From: Candidatus Latescibacterota bacterium
GTDB lineage: Bacteria; Latescibacterota; CBDEFO01
Reading direction: 5' to 3'
Assembly (NCBI GenBank): GCA_965237525.1
Contig: CBDEFO010000007.1
Span: forward strand, 224,001-288,000
DNA: 64,000 bases
Positions within the stretch are counted from its first letter, which is position 1; each line of letters starts with the position of its first letter. Shown in pieces: positions 41,073 through 50,565 of this stretch. The translations under genes were made by a program, and so were the position numbers. The notes under the pieces were generated by a model that saw only the letters and a list, made by a program, of their open reading frames with translations, searched no databases and was not told where the DNA came from.

Positions 41073-42650
41073 TTACTTGGATACAATGTGTTGTGACTCT
41101 AAGATCGCCTGTGCTTCCTCCACACGATCAGAAGGAACTTGCACCACTACTTGGCCCTTCCCTAATCTTCGATGTATTGTTAGACTCGGAGCGGTGGGTC
41201 GGCTGGCTTCCCACAACGCCAAAGTTCCCACTGCACTGATGACTCTATTGGAAAATCCTACAGAGTCGATCCCCGCGTGATGGAGAATCCCCCTTACCAT
41301 TTCTCCGTCTATGTTGGTTTCCCCGGTGAAAACTGGAGCCCAGTCGACGATTTTTTGATTATCGTCTCCCTCAACCTTGGCATACATCTTTAGATGCGTT
41401 CGAACATGCTGGACAGCGTCTATACACACGGCGCTAATAATCAGCAGAGACGGCCCGAAAAATTTGCTCGTGTGAGGACGGACACCTAACCAATTCTCAA
41501 GGGCTAAGGGCGCCGCTGCTATCCCACATAGGAAAATAGCACCGGGCAAGATCGTTCTTTCCATGATTCTGTCAATATAATCTGTCATTTCTTCGTCCGA
41601 GCCCATCTCAGCGATTGCATACCCATATTGTTTAATTCTGTTGACTAAGTCTTTGGGGCTGAAGGTTACTGCGGTATACAGATACGTCAGAAAGATAATC
41701 AGTCCACAGTAGATGATCCAATATAAGACCGACTGCGATTCGATTTTAGGACCTTTAAACGAAAAAATCCAAGTCGTGAACGAGAGTATGAGAAGTTGTG
41801 CGAACTTAATCGGAATGATGCCCACCGCATTCACTCGGAGTGGTATTGTAGGAGCTAAATTTCCGGTACTCCGATTTTGTAAAGTCTGTTTGATATATTG
41901 TAGTGGGATGCTCCTTTTGGCGGATACTATAAAAATCGAAAGTACGATCAGTGCGAGCAGAACTGCGCTTGTAAGTATTTGGGATTGAAGAGCTTGAAGG
42001 AGCGTCTTACCGCTTACCAAGAAAGCGCCATATTCCCTTCTAAAGATATATGGCACCTCGGAGATAATATTCACTATGATCATCAACGCTACGCCATTTG
42101 CGATTCCTCTCTCAGTAATCTGATCTGCTACCCACACGAGGAACATCGTGCCTGATGTTATCGTTAGCACGGCTAATAAACGAAAGACCCACCCGGGGTG
42201 AGGCACTATGGACAAACCGGATCCAGATGGGGATCCTATACTTTCCCAAAAGGTGGCGAGGCTCCATGCTTGCGTTGCACATATCAGGGCGGTCATACCA
42301 TAAATGAGCCGGTCGAATATATTATTTTGTTCAATAGTGCCGTCACGGAGCCGTTTTAAATAGGGAACAACTCCGCTCATAAGAAGAATCAGGATGGAGG
42401 CGCTGATATAGGGCGTTATCCCAAGGGCGAATATAGTCACCTTGGAGAAGTTGCCCCCTGCGAACATATCGTACAGCTCAAATATCCCACTCTTTGGGCC
42501 TGTCCAGTACGCCAGTAGAGCCTTAGAATCAATACCCGGAATTATCACTAATCCCCCAGCCTTGTATATTACCAGCATAGCCAGGGTGAAAAGTATCTTT
42601 TTTCTCAATTGGGGGATCTTAAAGCTATTTTGAAGGCTCTTGAGCAGCAA
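41073..42650 (-). CDS. secY: Divergent SecY paralogue with C-terminal DUF2007-like extension
   Basis: IPGID, DMFAGG, IFALGITPYISASI, QITERGIANG, IPLRVN..GIIP, SLLII. TTG start after GAGGTG. Not in the ribosomal protein operon. Confidence 0.85.
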   Translation of the reverse strand: MLLKSLQNSFKIPQLRKKILFTLAMLVIYKAGGLVIIPGIDSKALLAYWTGPKSGIFELYDMFAGGNFSKVTIFALGITPYISASILILLMSGVVPYLKRLRDGTIEQNNIFDRLIYGMTALICATQAWSLATFWESIGSPSGSGLSIVPHPGWVFRLLAVLTITSGTMFLVWVADQITERGIANGVALMIIVNIISEVPYIFRREYGAFLVSGKTLLQALQSQILTSAVLLALIVLSIFIVSAKRSIPLQYIKQTLQNRSTGNLAPTIPLRVNAVGIIPIKFAQLLILSFTTWIFSFKGPKIESQSVLYWIIYCGLIIFLTYLYTAVTFSPKDLVNRIKQYGYAIAEMGSDEEMTDYIDRIMERTILPGAIFLCGIAAAPLALENWLGVRPHTSKFFGPSLLIISAVCIDAVQHVRTHLKMYAKVEGDDNQKIVDWAPVFTGETNIDGEMVRGILHHAGIDSVGFSNRVISAVGTLALWEASRPTAPSLTIHRRLGKGQVVVQVPSDRVEEAQAILESQHIVSK

Positions 42651-42714
42651 CTACATCACCTCGATGCTTCCGCATACCGCAAGAAGTCAAGAACTTTTTG
42701 CGGTCTCCTTTCCA

Positions 42715-42939
42715 TCAAAACTGCCTCTTAGCGTCTTCTAAAGTTGTCTTTTGTTGTTCTCTATGGACCCAGTTGGAATCAGAGTCTCGCTTCAGTTTCA
42801 AGGGATCGGAAAAGTATCTCATAACCAGTCCAATAGGGGTTGCGAAGATGAAGTAAATGAGGGTGAGTATAACTCTCGCCTGGAAATTTCCTATTTTCTC
42901 TGCGATTATCTTCCATTTTTGCCAGAGCCTTTTAAGCAT
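42715..42939 (-). CDS. Small membrane protein, SxtJ-like
   Basis: W..IAEKIGNFQARVILTLIYF..TPIGLVMR..DPLKL..W..RQF. Confidence 0.65.
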   Translation of the reverse strand: MLKRLWQKWKIIAEKIGNFQARVILTLIYFIFATPIGLVMRYFSDPLKLKRDSDSNWVHREQQKTTLEDAKRQF

Positions 42940-42941
42940 CT

Positions 42942-43451
42942 TTAGCCCTTCCAGTTATTTTTCCCAACCGCCAATAGTGCAGATCGAATAAGTTGGGCGA
43001 TCTCATTTCCATTCGTCAGAGGACGACGCTCCGAAACAAACCGGCTAGATCCAATGGGGTCTCCGGCATACCGCGGAAAGAACTGGAAGTGTAAGTGGTT
43101 TATCTCACCGTCGCACATTGTGTTCAAGTAGACCTTTTCCGCGCCTAAAGCCTTCTTGATGGCGTTAACAACCTTGACACACATTTGGAAGACACGACAG
43201 GCCTCGTCCGCTGACAGGAAGGACATGTCCTTACGATGTGGTTTATAGACCAAGATTGTGTGCCCCTTCATTTGAGGATAAGACTCCAACACCACCTTAA
43301 AAAGATTATCCTCGTACACAATGTGCTGATCACGAAAGACCCGACGCGTTTCTAGGTCATAGCAGACGTAACAGACGCCCTGCCGTTTCAGTTCCTCAAT
43401 TCCATGAAGCAACTGCTTACGTTCTTGCTTCCAGTCGTTGGGATTGCTCAT
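42942..43451 (-). CDS. HIT-family hydrolase
   Basis: CYVC, YPQMKGHTIL, HLHFQFFPR. Confidence 0.85.
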   Translation of the reverse strand: MSNPNDWKQERKQLLHGIEELKRQGVCYVCYDLETRRVFRDQHIVYEDNLFKVVLESYPQMKGHTILVYKPHRKDMSFLSADEACRVFQMCVKVVNAIKKALGAEKVYLNTMCDGEINHLHFQFFPRYAGDPIGSSRFVSERRPLTNGNEIAQLIRSALLAVGKNNWKG

Positions 43452-44500
43452 CGCACTCCAAAGTCTAACTTCCCGTTCAGTCCGTCCGTATGTCTGTATT
43501 GCAATTTGCGATCTTTGATGAAGAATATGAGGGCTTCTGCCTTTTCGATATCCTCTATGAGTTCGATGCCCCTTTGTGGACCCATCACGAAGGCGGCTGT
43601 AGATAAGATGTCGGCCTCAAGAGCACTTTCCGCCCAGACAGTTGCACTTACGGACCTGTCGGAAGGATAGCCGGTTTTGGGATCCAGGATGTGGTGGTAT
43701 CTCTTTCCGTCCTGTTCGAAGAACTTCTCGTAGTCGCCCGATGTGGCTACGCATTCCAGATTAACTCCATAAACGCCTATTAGGGTGTCCGGGTCCCTGG
43801 GATGTTGCACGTAGACTCTCCACTTACTTCCATCGGGCTTGACGCCAAAGAAACCTATATCTCCTCCCGCCTCTATGAGGGCACCTTGAACTCCGCTTTG
43901 TTCAAGGACAGATAGGGCCTTATCCACTGCATAGCCCTTAGCGACAGCAGAAAGGTCGATTTGTGCTCCTGCTGTGATGCTAATACTATTACCTTCTATA
44001 TGAATATTTTCGTATCCGACCGATGTGAGCGCCTTGTCGATTTCGTGAGGAGCAGGGACTTTTGGAGGGACAACTTCTGCATTACGTTCTGAGTGGTGCG
44101 ACCACTGCGGAGAAAACCCCCATAGCCTTCCGAGAGAGCCGACAGTTATGTCGAAAGCTCCATTTGTAAGCTGCGCGGCTTTCTGGGATTCAGTTACAAC
44201 GTATAACAGTTCTTCGGAGACTGGGACAGGTCCATCTTGGGCTTTCGAGTTGATGAGCCAGAGTTCGCTCTTGTCCGAGTGGAAGCTCATCTTCTCTTCG
44301 ATCCTCTGGATCTCTCGAAAGGCGCTGTCAATGAGTTTTAACGCCTGCTCCTGGTCCTCTTCTGATACTGTGACCGCCACGAGTGTCCCCATCAGCGGAC
44401 GGAGGGCAGTTTCAGGGGACTTATCTCTTAATTTCCATTTCAACAGAACCGCTGCTAACAGAGCCACAAAGATGCAGATAAATATTTTAGCTTTAGGCAT
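43448..44500 (-). CDS. apbE: FAD:protein FMN transferase
   Basis: LMGT, GAFDITVG, DLSAVAKGYAVD, EAGGD, ATSGDYE, HHILDPKTG. Start taken at MPKAK because the upstream extension is repeat DNA. Confidence 0.9.
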   Translation of the reverse strand: MPKAKIFICIFVALLAAVLLKWKLRDKSPETALRPLMGTLVAVTVSEEDQEQALKLIDSAFREIQRIEEKMSFHSDKSELWLINSKAQDGPVPVSEELLYVVTESQKAAQLTNGAFDITVGSLGRLWGFSPQWSHHSERNAEVVPPKVPAPHEIDKALTSVGYENIHIEGNSISITAGAQIDLSAVAKGYAVDKALSVLEQSGVQGALIEAGGDIGFFGVKPDGSKWRVYVQHPRDPDTLIGVYGVNLECVATSGDYEKFFEQDGKRYHHILDPKTGYPSDRSVSATVWAESALEADILSTAAFVMGPQRGIELIEDIEKAEALIFFIKDRKLQYRHTDGLNGKLDFGVR

Positions 44501-44561
44501 CCCTATTGTATTAAGTAGCTTGACAAAATTTATCGGATATAAGTAAACAGGAACCTCCCTT

Positions 44562-44620
44562 GAGATTGCTTCGGGGGGAGCGCCCCTCGCAATGACCAAA
44601 GGACCAAGACAAGCAATCTC
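44562..44620. repeat. GAGATTGCTTCG...CTCGCAATGAC-type palindromic repeat
   Basis: GAGATTGCTTCG (44562), CCTCGCAATGAC, AAGCAATCTC (44611-44620); relative at 47893-48033. Confidence 0.65.
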
Positions 44621-45015
44621 CGTTAGACTGCTTCCCCCTCCGTATGCTGCTACTATTTTGGATCTCTATAATCACCTCCAGATTATTTTGACCTGATACT
44701 TAATTACAGATTGTGACATATGGTCTGTAGTGTAGCCAAAGGCACGCTGAGAGCGGGTTAAGGCGAAGTAGGTTTCTGCTCTGGTTTATCATTTTGTCTG
44801 GCATTGCTGTCAAAGGACGGTTCGATTTGGTTGTTGTCCGTGGCTATTTGAACACCGACCTGATTATAGACCTGTTGCTGATCCAGGTCAAATTCTTCAA
44901 TCAAGCTTAGTCGGGAAATTGAAAACTAAAAAACCAGGCCCATAGGACGTGGGTTTCTATGTTCCACTAAAAATTTAACTTGCAATACAGATGGCGTTAT
45001 CTTCGATGACATCGC

Positions 45016-45339
45016 CTATTCCATGAAAAAGTACTGTTGCAGCCAGGTCAGACCGCCACCTTGTCCGCTTACGAGATCATCGGACTCGAAGAACTTCGCC
45101 ATCTTTGCCTCCCATTTTCGGCTGATCTTCCACTCGTCAAGTCGCTGAAAAATCCCGTCTAAGTTGTCCGCTTCGAGATAGCCGATGAGCAATCCATCGG
45201 GCCGGTAGAACAACGAGTAGTTTCGTATTCCCACATCGCGCATGGCCTCGATCAGCTCAGGCCAGACGCCCTGATGGACTTCGAGATATTCCTCGAGCAG
45301 TTCCTTCTTAACTTGCAGCGAAAAGCATCCGCGTTTCAT
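45016..45339 (-). CDS. rhaM: L-rhamnose mutarotase family protein
   Basis: EEYLEVHQGVWPEL..GIRNYSLF..W..M. Confidence 0.8.
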   Translation of the reverse strand: MKRGCFSLQVKKELLEEYLEVHQGVWPELIEAMRDVGIRNYSLFYRPDGLLIGYLEADNLDGIFQRLDEWKISRKWEAKMAKFFESDDLVSGQGGGLTWLQQYFFME

Positions 45340-46176
45340 TCTTTCGCACCTTGTAATAAATCACGCAGCAAAATCGTTTCGGAGAGCGTGTCGACCTCAT
45401 TGCTAGGCTCCACATCGAAATATTCAAATTCAAGGCAAATGTACCCCGAATGCTTACAGCGACTCATCGTCTGCAATACGCGTTGGTAATGGATGGTGCT
45501 GTCCTTCAACGGTGTCTGATTACGCTCATTATAGGCGCCTCGGGCGTGGAAGTGGGAGGCATAACTGATGAGAGGCTCGATTTCACGATCGAAGAAGCTC
45601 TGGCACACAAAGTGGGAGTAGTCGAGCGTGAGCGTCAGGCCGGGCGTCAGCTTGACCAGTTGCTCCGCCTCTTTCGGCGTTGGAACAATAGATCCCACAT
45701 GCGGCTCAACGGAGAATACGACTCCCACCTGCTTTGCCTGTTCCAATCGCCAGGCCAATTCTTCCGCACTACGTTGCAGCGAATCTTTATGCGACTCTTT
45801 GTCCCAGTGAACGCCCGGCAGAGCGCTCATGTGGCGCCCGTTGCAGCGAACCGTGCACTCCAACACCCGCTGAAACGTGTCGCGAGATCGGCGACGGATA
45901 TTGGGGTCTGTGTGATTGGCCGCCATGGCCTCAACCGCCCCTGGTATCAGAAAGATATCCGATAGCTCCAGGCCGCACTGCTCAAGCTTGGCGGAAAGAT
46001 CGCAAGCCGCCTTGGGGACGTTCCTCACAATGTCCTTTGGCTGGACGTGCGAGCCGTCTGCAAAGACCCCGATGTCAACGCCCTCAAAACCCCAACTTCG
46101 CGATCAGATCCAGCGCATGCTCGAAAGGCAGCAGTGGAAAGGTAAAATCGGTACAAGCAAGCTTGAATTTCTTCAT
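45336..46176 (-). pseudogene. Sugar phosphate isomerase/epimerase (TIM barrel) with a +1 frameshift near 46090
   Basis: ATG at 46176 MKKFKLACTDFTFPLL..AKLGF* joins EGVDIGVF..VRNVPK in the next frame; VEPHVGS, LDYSHF, HFHAR, CLEFE. Confidence 0.75.
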
Positions 46177-46388
46177 CCTGACTACCGATATCGAATCCTC
46201 CGTTGGTCGGCGTAAACCACAGTCTCACCAAATGACCGCGTTGCTGTTGGTACGCGCAGATTTGCATGCCGTTTCAATGATCTTCATCGCACTGAGACAG
46301 AGTATCACCGGCGAGCGGTTGAGTGTTCGCGGGCAGTGAAAGTCATTTCACTGCACATCGAACTTTTTTCATCATGCGGACGTCTCGC

Positions 46389-46763
46389 TTATGAGAGCAC
46401 CGCGATGCACGAAACTTCTACCCTCAAGTTGAAGGCTAATTTGCTAACCCCGACGGTGGCTCGTGCCGGCAGCCCACTGGTGCCGAAGTACTCGCTGTAG
46501 ACCTCGTTCATCTCATTGTAGTCGCCTTCCAGGTCAGACATATATATGTTGACCATCGTGACATCGTCCAGTGTAGCTCCGGCCTCCGCCAGTACTTCTT
46601 TAACATATTCCATGGTCTGACGCATCTCTGGCCCAACTCCTCCAGGCACCGGTTTATCGTTTCTGTCTAGGCCCAATTGGCCAGAGACAAACACCATATT
46701 CCCGCACCGCGTGCCGCGGCTGTAGGGCTTTCCAGCTACTTCGCTTAGGATCTCTCGTGGCAT
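46389..46763 (-). CDS. RidA/YjgF family protein
   Basis: PYS, FVSGQL, MNEVYSEYF, PARATVGV, VEV. Confidence 0.9.
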   Translation of the reverse strand: MPREILSEVAGKPYSRGTRCGNMVFVSGQLGLDRNDKPVPGGVGPEMRQTMEYVKEVLAEAGATLDDVTMVNIYMSDLEGDYNEMNEVYSEYFGTSGLPARATVGVSKLAFNLRVEVSCIAVLS

Positions 46764-46795
46764 TGCTATTATCTCCTGTTGGAGAAAGTCAGCCC

Positions 46796-46826
46796 CCGAC
46801 CCCCAATAGATTCAATTGGGGGTCGG
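46796..46826. repeat. Perfect 12-bp-stem hairpin whose core is a variant of the 21-bp palindrome
   Basis: CCGACCCCCAAT-AGATTCA-ATTGGGGGTCGG. Confidence 0.7.
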
Positions 46827-46851
46827 TTCTCCTTCTGTCTTGAACACAGAC

Positions 46852-47847
46852 TCACCACTTCCACTTCTCCTTTAATTCGTCATTGACGACCGCACCTTCC
46901 GGCCATTTTCCCCGAGATAGGTCGATGATACATTGGGCGGCTTCGATGCCCATGTTTTCCATTGCCAGGGTGTCGTTGCCAGCGATGTGTGGGCAGACGA
47001 CGACGTTGTCGAACTGAAACAGGGGGTTGTTAGCATCGGTCGGCTGCTGTTCAAAGGCGTCGAGTCCAGCGCCGCCCAAGTGACCGGACTTCAGCGCATC
47101 CACCAAATCGCCCTCGACCACTAACCGGCCGCGGGCAGTGTTGATTAGCACGCTGCCCGGCTTCATCTTTGCGAGCTTTTCCCCGTCGATCATGCCGCAG
47201 GTCTCGTCTGTCAGCGGGCAGTGCAGGCTGACGTAGTCGGCGCGCGCAAGTAGCGTGTCGAGGTCAACGAATTCGATGTCATGTTGATCAGCAAATTCCT
47301 TATCCGGGTATATTTCCGCGGCGATGACGTTCATTCGCAGAGCCAACGCCCGAACAGCCGTGCTGCGGCCGATGCGGCCCAGACCGATGATTCCCAACGT
47401 CTTGCCTCGCACCGGCGCGATAGGGTTGCTGGGCCACCCGCCCGCCCGCATTGCCCTGTCGTTGGGGACGATCCATTTGGCAAGCGCTAACAGTAACGTA
47501 AGGGTGTGCTCCGCGACCGCCTCATGATTCGCATTTGGCGTAATAGTGACGACAACGCCGCGGGCCGTCGCAGCTGCAATATCGACCTGGTCGAACCCAA
47601 CTCCGGCCCGCGCAATGACGCACAATTCCGGCAACGCCGCCAGCACCCGTTCCGTGTAAGCCTCCCCCCAGGCAATAACCGCCGCCACTTTGCACAACAT
47701 CTGGATCGTCTCCTCTTCACTGCCTAAGCCGTGCGCAAAGCGACGGTCTTTAACCAAGCGAACTTCGAAGCCAGCATCCCAAAGCATGTCCAAGCAGGGC
47801 GCGGATTCGTCCAGAGTTCCATCGGAGCTAATCAGTACTGTCGACAT
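46852..47847 (-). CDS. D-2-hydroxyacid dehydrogenase (SerA-like)
   Basis: RAGVGFD, GIIGLGRIG, LHCPL, INTARG, CPHIAG. Confidence 0.9.
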   Translation of the reverse strand: MSTVLISSDGTLDESAPCLDMLWDAGFEVRLVKDRRFAHGLGSEEETIQMLCKVAAVIAWGEAYTERVLAALPELCVIARAGVGFDQVDIAAATARGVVVTITPNANHEAVAEHTLTLLLALAKWIVPNDRAMRAGGWPSNPIAPVRGKTLGIIGLGRIGRSTAVRALALRMNVIAAEIYPDKEFADQHDIEFVDLDTLLARADYVSLHCPLTDETCGMIDGEKLAKMKPGSVLINTARGRLVVEGDLVDALKSGHLGGAGLDAFEQQPTDANNPLFQFDNVVVCPHIAGNDTLAMENMGIEAAQCIIDLSRGKWPEGAVVNDELKEKWKW

Positions 47848-47892
47848 AATGACTCACCGTTGTTAGCCCGATTAATTCATAAACTTGGTGGA

Positions 47893-48033
47893 GTCATTGC
47901 GAGGAGCAAAGCGGTCCCCGATTGAGTCTATCGGGGAAGCAATCTCAAGGTTTTATAGTGGTCTCCTATGAGAGCCGGAGAGTATTACATCTACCACAGA
48001 ATCGAGATTGCTTCGCCTTCGGCTCGCAAGGAC
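47893..48033. repeat. Inverted pair GTCATTGCGAG..GAAGCAATCTC / GAGATTGCTTCG..CTCGCAAGGAC carrying a nested 21-bp palindrome at 47916-47936
   Basis: Direct reading of the sequence. Confidence 0.7.
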
Positions 48034-48115
48034 ACCGAAGGTGGTAAAACAGCATAACTATAATATATTACAATCACTTAATTAATACACGTCCTTTTTT
48101 TGTGAATTATTCGGG

Positions 48116-49129
48116 TTAGTTCTTTCTTTTAATTAATTTCTTTAGAGAGGGGCAATCCAGCGGAACGAGGCCGTGCTTGCCACCGGCCGACCAGGTGACC
48201 TCACCCACATATACGCTGCCTTGCGAATCGACCCAAATGTCGTGCGGCGCGTAGAAGTCACTGGGCGCACACGGATGGTCGCCGCCGCCCCAGCGGGTTT
48301 GCAGCTCGCCGTCGCGATTGAACACGCTTACCCGCCCGCCGGTGGACTTAGGGTCGGGTGTCATCCAGGGAAAGAGCCCACACCGCCGGCCGACCTCAGC
48401 GACGAACACGTTGTCCTCAGAGTCAATAAAGAGCTCGCATGGCCTCACGACTTGCGTCCACTCGCTGAGAAACTCGCCGTCAGGCGTGAATATCTGCAGC
48501 CGGTTATTCTCGCGGTCGGCCACAAAAACCCTGCCAGTGCTGTCCACACCGATTCCGTGTGGCACGTGGAACTGGCCCGGTCCGTCACCCGACTCTCCCC
48601 ATGAAAACAGGAGTTCCCCGTCGGGGGAGAACCTGTGGATGCGGGCGTTGCCGTAGCCATCGCTGACGTACATCTCACCTTCTACCGAAAGCGCCAGGTT
48701 CGTCGGGTAATTGAAAGGAGGTCCAGGCTGTTTCATCGTGCGGTAGTCAAAATTCACCACTCCCGTATCACTCGGACAGCCGCTCGTTCCGAGTGTCAGT
48801 ATCACGTCTCCGCTGAGGGTGCACTTGCGGACCGTGTGGTCGAAGTCATCGGTAAAATACAACATGTCGTCCGTCCCGATCCAGATCCCGTGTGCTCTGG
48901 CGAACAGATCTTCTCCCCAGTCGTGTAAGAACTTTCCGTCGCGATCCAAGACGATGACCGGATGCTCGCCGCGGTTGAAGACGTACACTCGATCCTGTGA
49001 GTCAGTGGCGACCCCAGCCACATCAGCGTTGCTCAAAGCCGTGGGAAGTTGTCCCCAGCCGGGAACGACCTCGTACTGAAAGTTTCCGCCACCGACGAAC
49101 GTTTCGTCAGATCTGCTACTTGTTTCCAC
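48116..49129 (-). CDS. NHL-repeat beta-propeller (peptidyl-alpha-hydroxyglycine lyase-like)
   Basis: GVATDSQDRVYVFNR, SDGYGNARIH, FHVPHGI, ADRENNRLQ, PHDIWVDS. Confidence 0.85.
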   Translation of the reverse strand: METSSRSDETFVGGGNFQYEVVPGWGQLPTALSNADVAGVATDSQDRVYVFNRGEHPVIVLDRDGKFLHDWGEDLFARAHGIWIGTDDMLYFTDDFDHTVRKCTLSGDVILTLGTSGCPSDTGVVNFDYRTMKQPGPPFNYPTNLALSVEGEMYVSDGYGNARIHRFSPDGELLFSWGESGDGPGQFHVPHGIGVDSTGRVFVADRENNRLQIFTPDGEFLSEWTQVVRPCELFIDSEDNVFVAEVGRRCGLFPWMTPDPKSTGGRVSVFNRDGELQTRWGGGDHPCAPSDFYAPHDIWVDSQGSVYVGEVTWSAGGKHGLVPLDCPSLKKLIKRKN

Positions 49130-49329
49130 GGTAGTTGCACCTCGTAAGTCTAACTAATCCAGGACCACGTAGGATTAGACACAGCGTTACCGTCGAAGCA
49201 ATAGACCGCACCGAAGTGCCCCTGTCATTAGCGGTGTTTCTCTTGATAGAAGCTCGAGTTTCATGGATGATCTTACTTCATAAACGTCGCTATATGTGGG
49301 CTGTGCTCTCAGCCCTGACCTTGTAGGTA

Positions 49330-49428
49330 ATAGACAGTAGACAGCATACAGGGACTCCCCCTGCTCCTCCCCGACTACTGTCTATGGATGGGAGATGGTG
49401 CCCCTGTCTACTGTTTGCTGTTTACTTG
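49330..49428. repeat. AGTAGAC heptamer-armed inverted repeat
   Basis: TAGACAGTAGACAGCATACAGGG ... CCCTGTCTACTGTTTGCTGTTTACT. Confidence 0.55.
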
Positions 49429-49438
49429 CATTTGGGGA

Positions 49439-50410
49439 TCAACTGCGCCGTTGGGTCACGTATCTGACAGCTTCTTTAAGCGTATCCACAGCTTCCGATT
49501 CTTCAAAATATTCCAACCGGCTTACAGCCATCTGGACAAGTCTGCCGGCTTTTTCCCTGGCGTAGTCTATACCGCCCTTGGCATTGACAAAATCTATTAG
49601 GTCTTTCCAATCGTCAGATCCTTCAAGGCCGTTCTGGATCTTTTGCTTTATTTCATCAGCCTCTCCGTCCCTGCAATTGGAAAACGCTCTGATGAGGGGA
49701 AGCGTAACTTTGCCGTCTTTAATGTCGTGACCCACCGGTTTTCCCACGACGCTCGAATCTCCTGTGAAATCCAGAAGATCATCTGTTATCTGGTAGGCCA
49801 ATCCGAGGTCCTCTCCGTACTTGGTCATAACCTCGATACTGTCAGGCGAAGCTCCGCCTAGGATAGCCCCGGACCTGGTGGCTGCGGACAGGAGCGAAGC
49901 GGTCTTATCACTTATGATCTGGAAATAGGTCTGCTCGCTCATGTCCAGTTTGAGTTTCTGCTCAATCTCCAGGATTTCGCCTCTGGAGATGCGTTCTGTA
50001 GCTGTGGATATGGCCCTGTTGACCGTGTTGGAACCTATGTCCACAAGAAGACATAATGCTTTTGAAAAGAGAAAGTCGCCCATAAGGACGGAGACCTGAT
50101 TGTCCCAAATGGAGTTGACCGAACGACCGCCCCTTCTCATCTGAGAAGAGTCTATCACATCGTCGTGAGTGAGGGTCGCTGTGTGTATGAGTTCGACTAC
50201 TACAGCCGCATCTACGACAGAAGCATTTATCTTTCCGGCGGCTTTGGCTGTCAGCAGGGTCAAAGCAGGACGGAACCTCTTGCCCCTGATCAATAGCAGG
50301 TATTGGGCTATCTGATGGACCAGATTGACTTCAGAACTGAGGGCGTCTTTGAGGCGCTCTTCAAAGAGTTCCATCTCAGCCCTTATGGGCTCAATTATTC
50401 TTTCCAGCAT
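49439..50410 (-). CDS. Long-chain polyprenyl diphosphate synthase (IspB/HepT-like)
   Basis: GKRFRP, HDDVID..RRG, GDFL, KTASL, YQITDDLLD, GKPVGHD. Confidence 0.92.
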   Translation of the reverse strand: MLERIIEPIRAEMELFEERLKDALSSEVNLVHQIAQYLLLIRGKRFRPALTLLTAKAAGKINASVVDAAVVVELIHTATLTHDDVIDSSQMRRGGRSVNSIWDNQVSVLMGDFLFSKALCLLVDIGSNTVNRAISTATERISRGEILEIEQKLKLDMSEQTYFQIISDKTASLLSAATRSGAILGGASPDSIEVMTKYGEDLGLAYQITDDLLDFTGDSSVVGKPVGHDIKDGKVTLPLIRAFSNCRDGEADEIKQKIQNGLEGSDDWKDLIDFVNAKGGIDYAREKAGRLVQMAVSRLEYFEESEAVDTLKEAVRYVTQRRS

Positions 50411-50482
50411 ATACGTATAGTGTACGCCTTTAAGTTAAAGGGTACGCCTTTAAATTAAAAGGATGAACAACGCAGAAATCAT

Positions 50483-50511
50483 AACTTAACAAAAAATTCT
50501 CACCTTGTCAA
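50483..50511 (-). promoter_or_regulatory. Putative sigma70 promoter for the polyprenyl synthase
   Basis: Minus strand TTGACA-N17-TAAGTT with an extended TG. Confidence 0.45.
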
Positions 50512-50565
50512 ATGAAATTCCTCCTGCAAGGTAAAGAAAATTCGGACTATCAATCGAAAACAGGA

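Noticed and set aside
42715..42939. Saxitoxin biosynthesis
   Set aside because: Only an SxtJ-like small protein is present, with no other sxt-like genes.
44905..45000. Possible IS end next to a truncated reading frame
   Set aside because: No matching second inverted repeat or transposase found.
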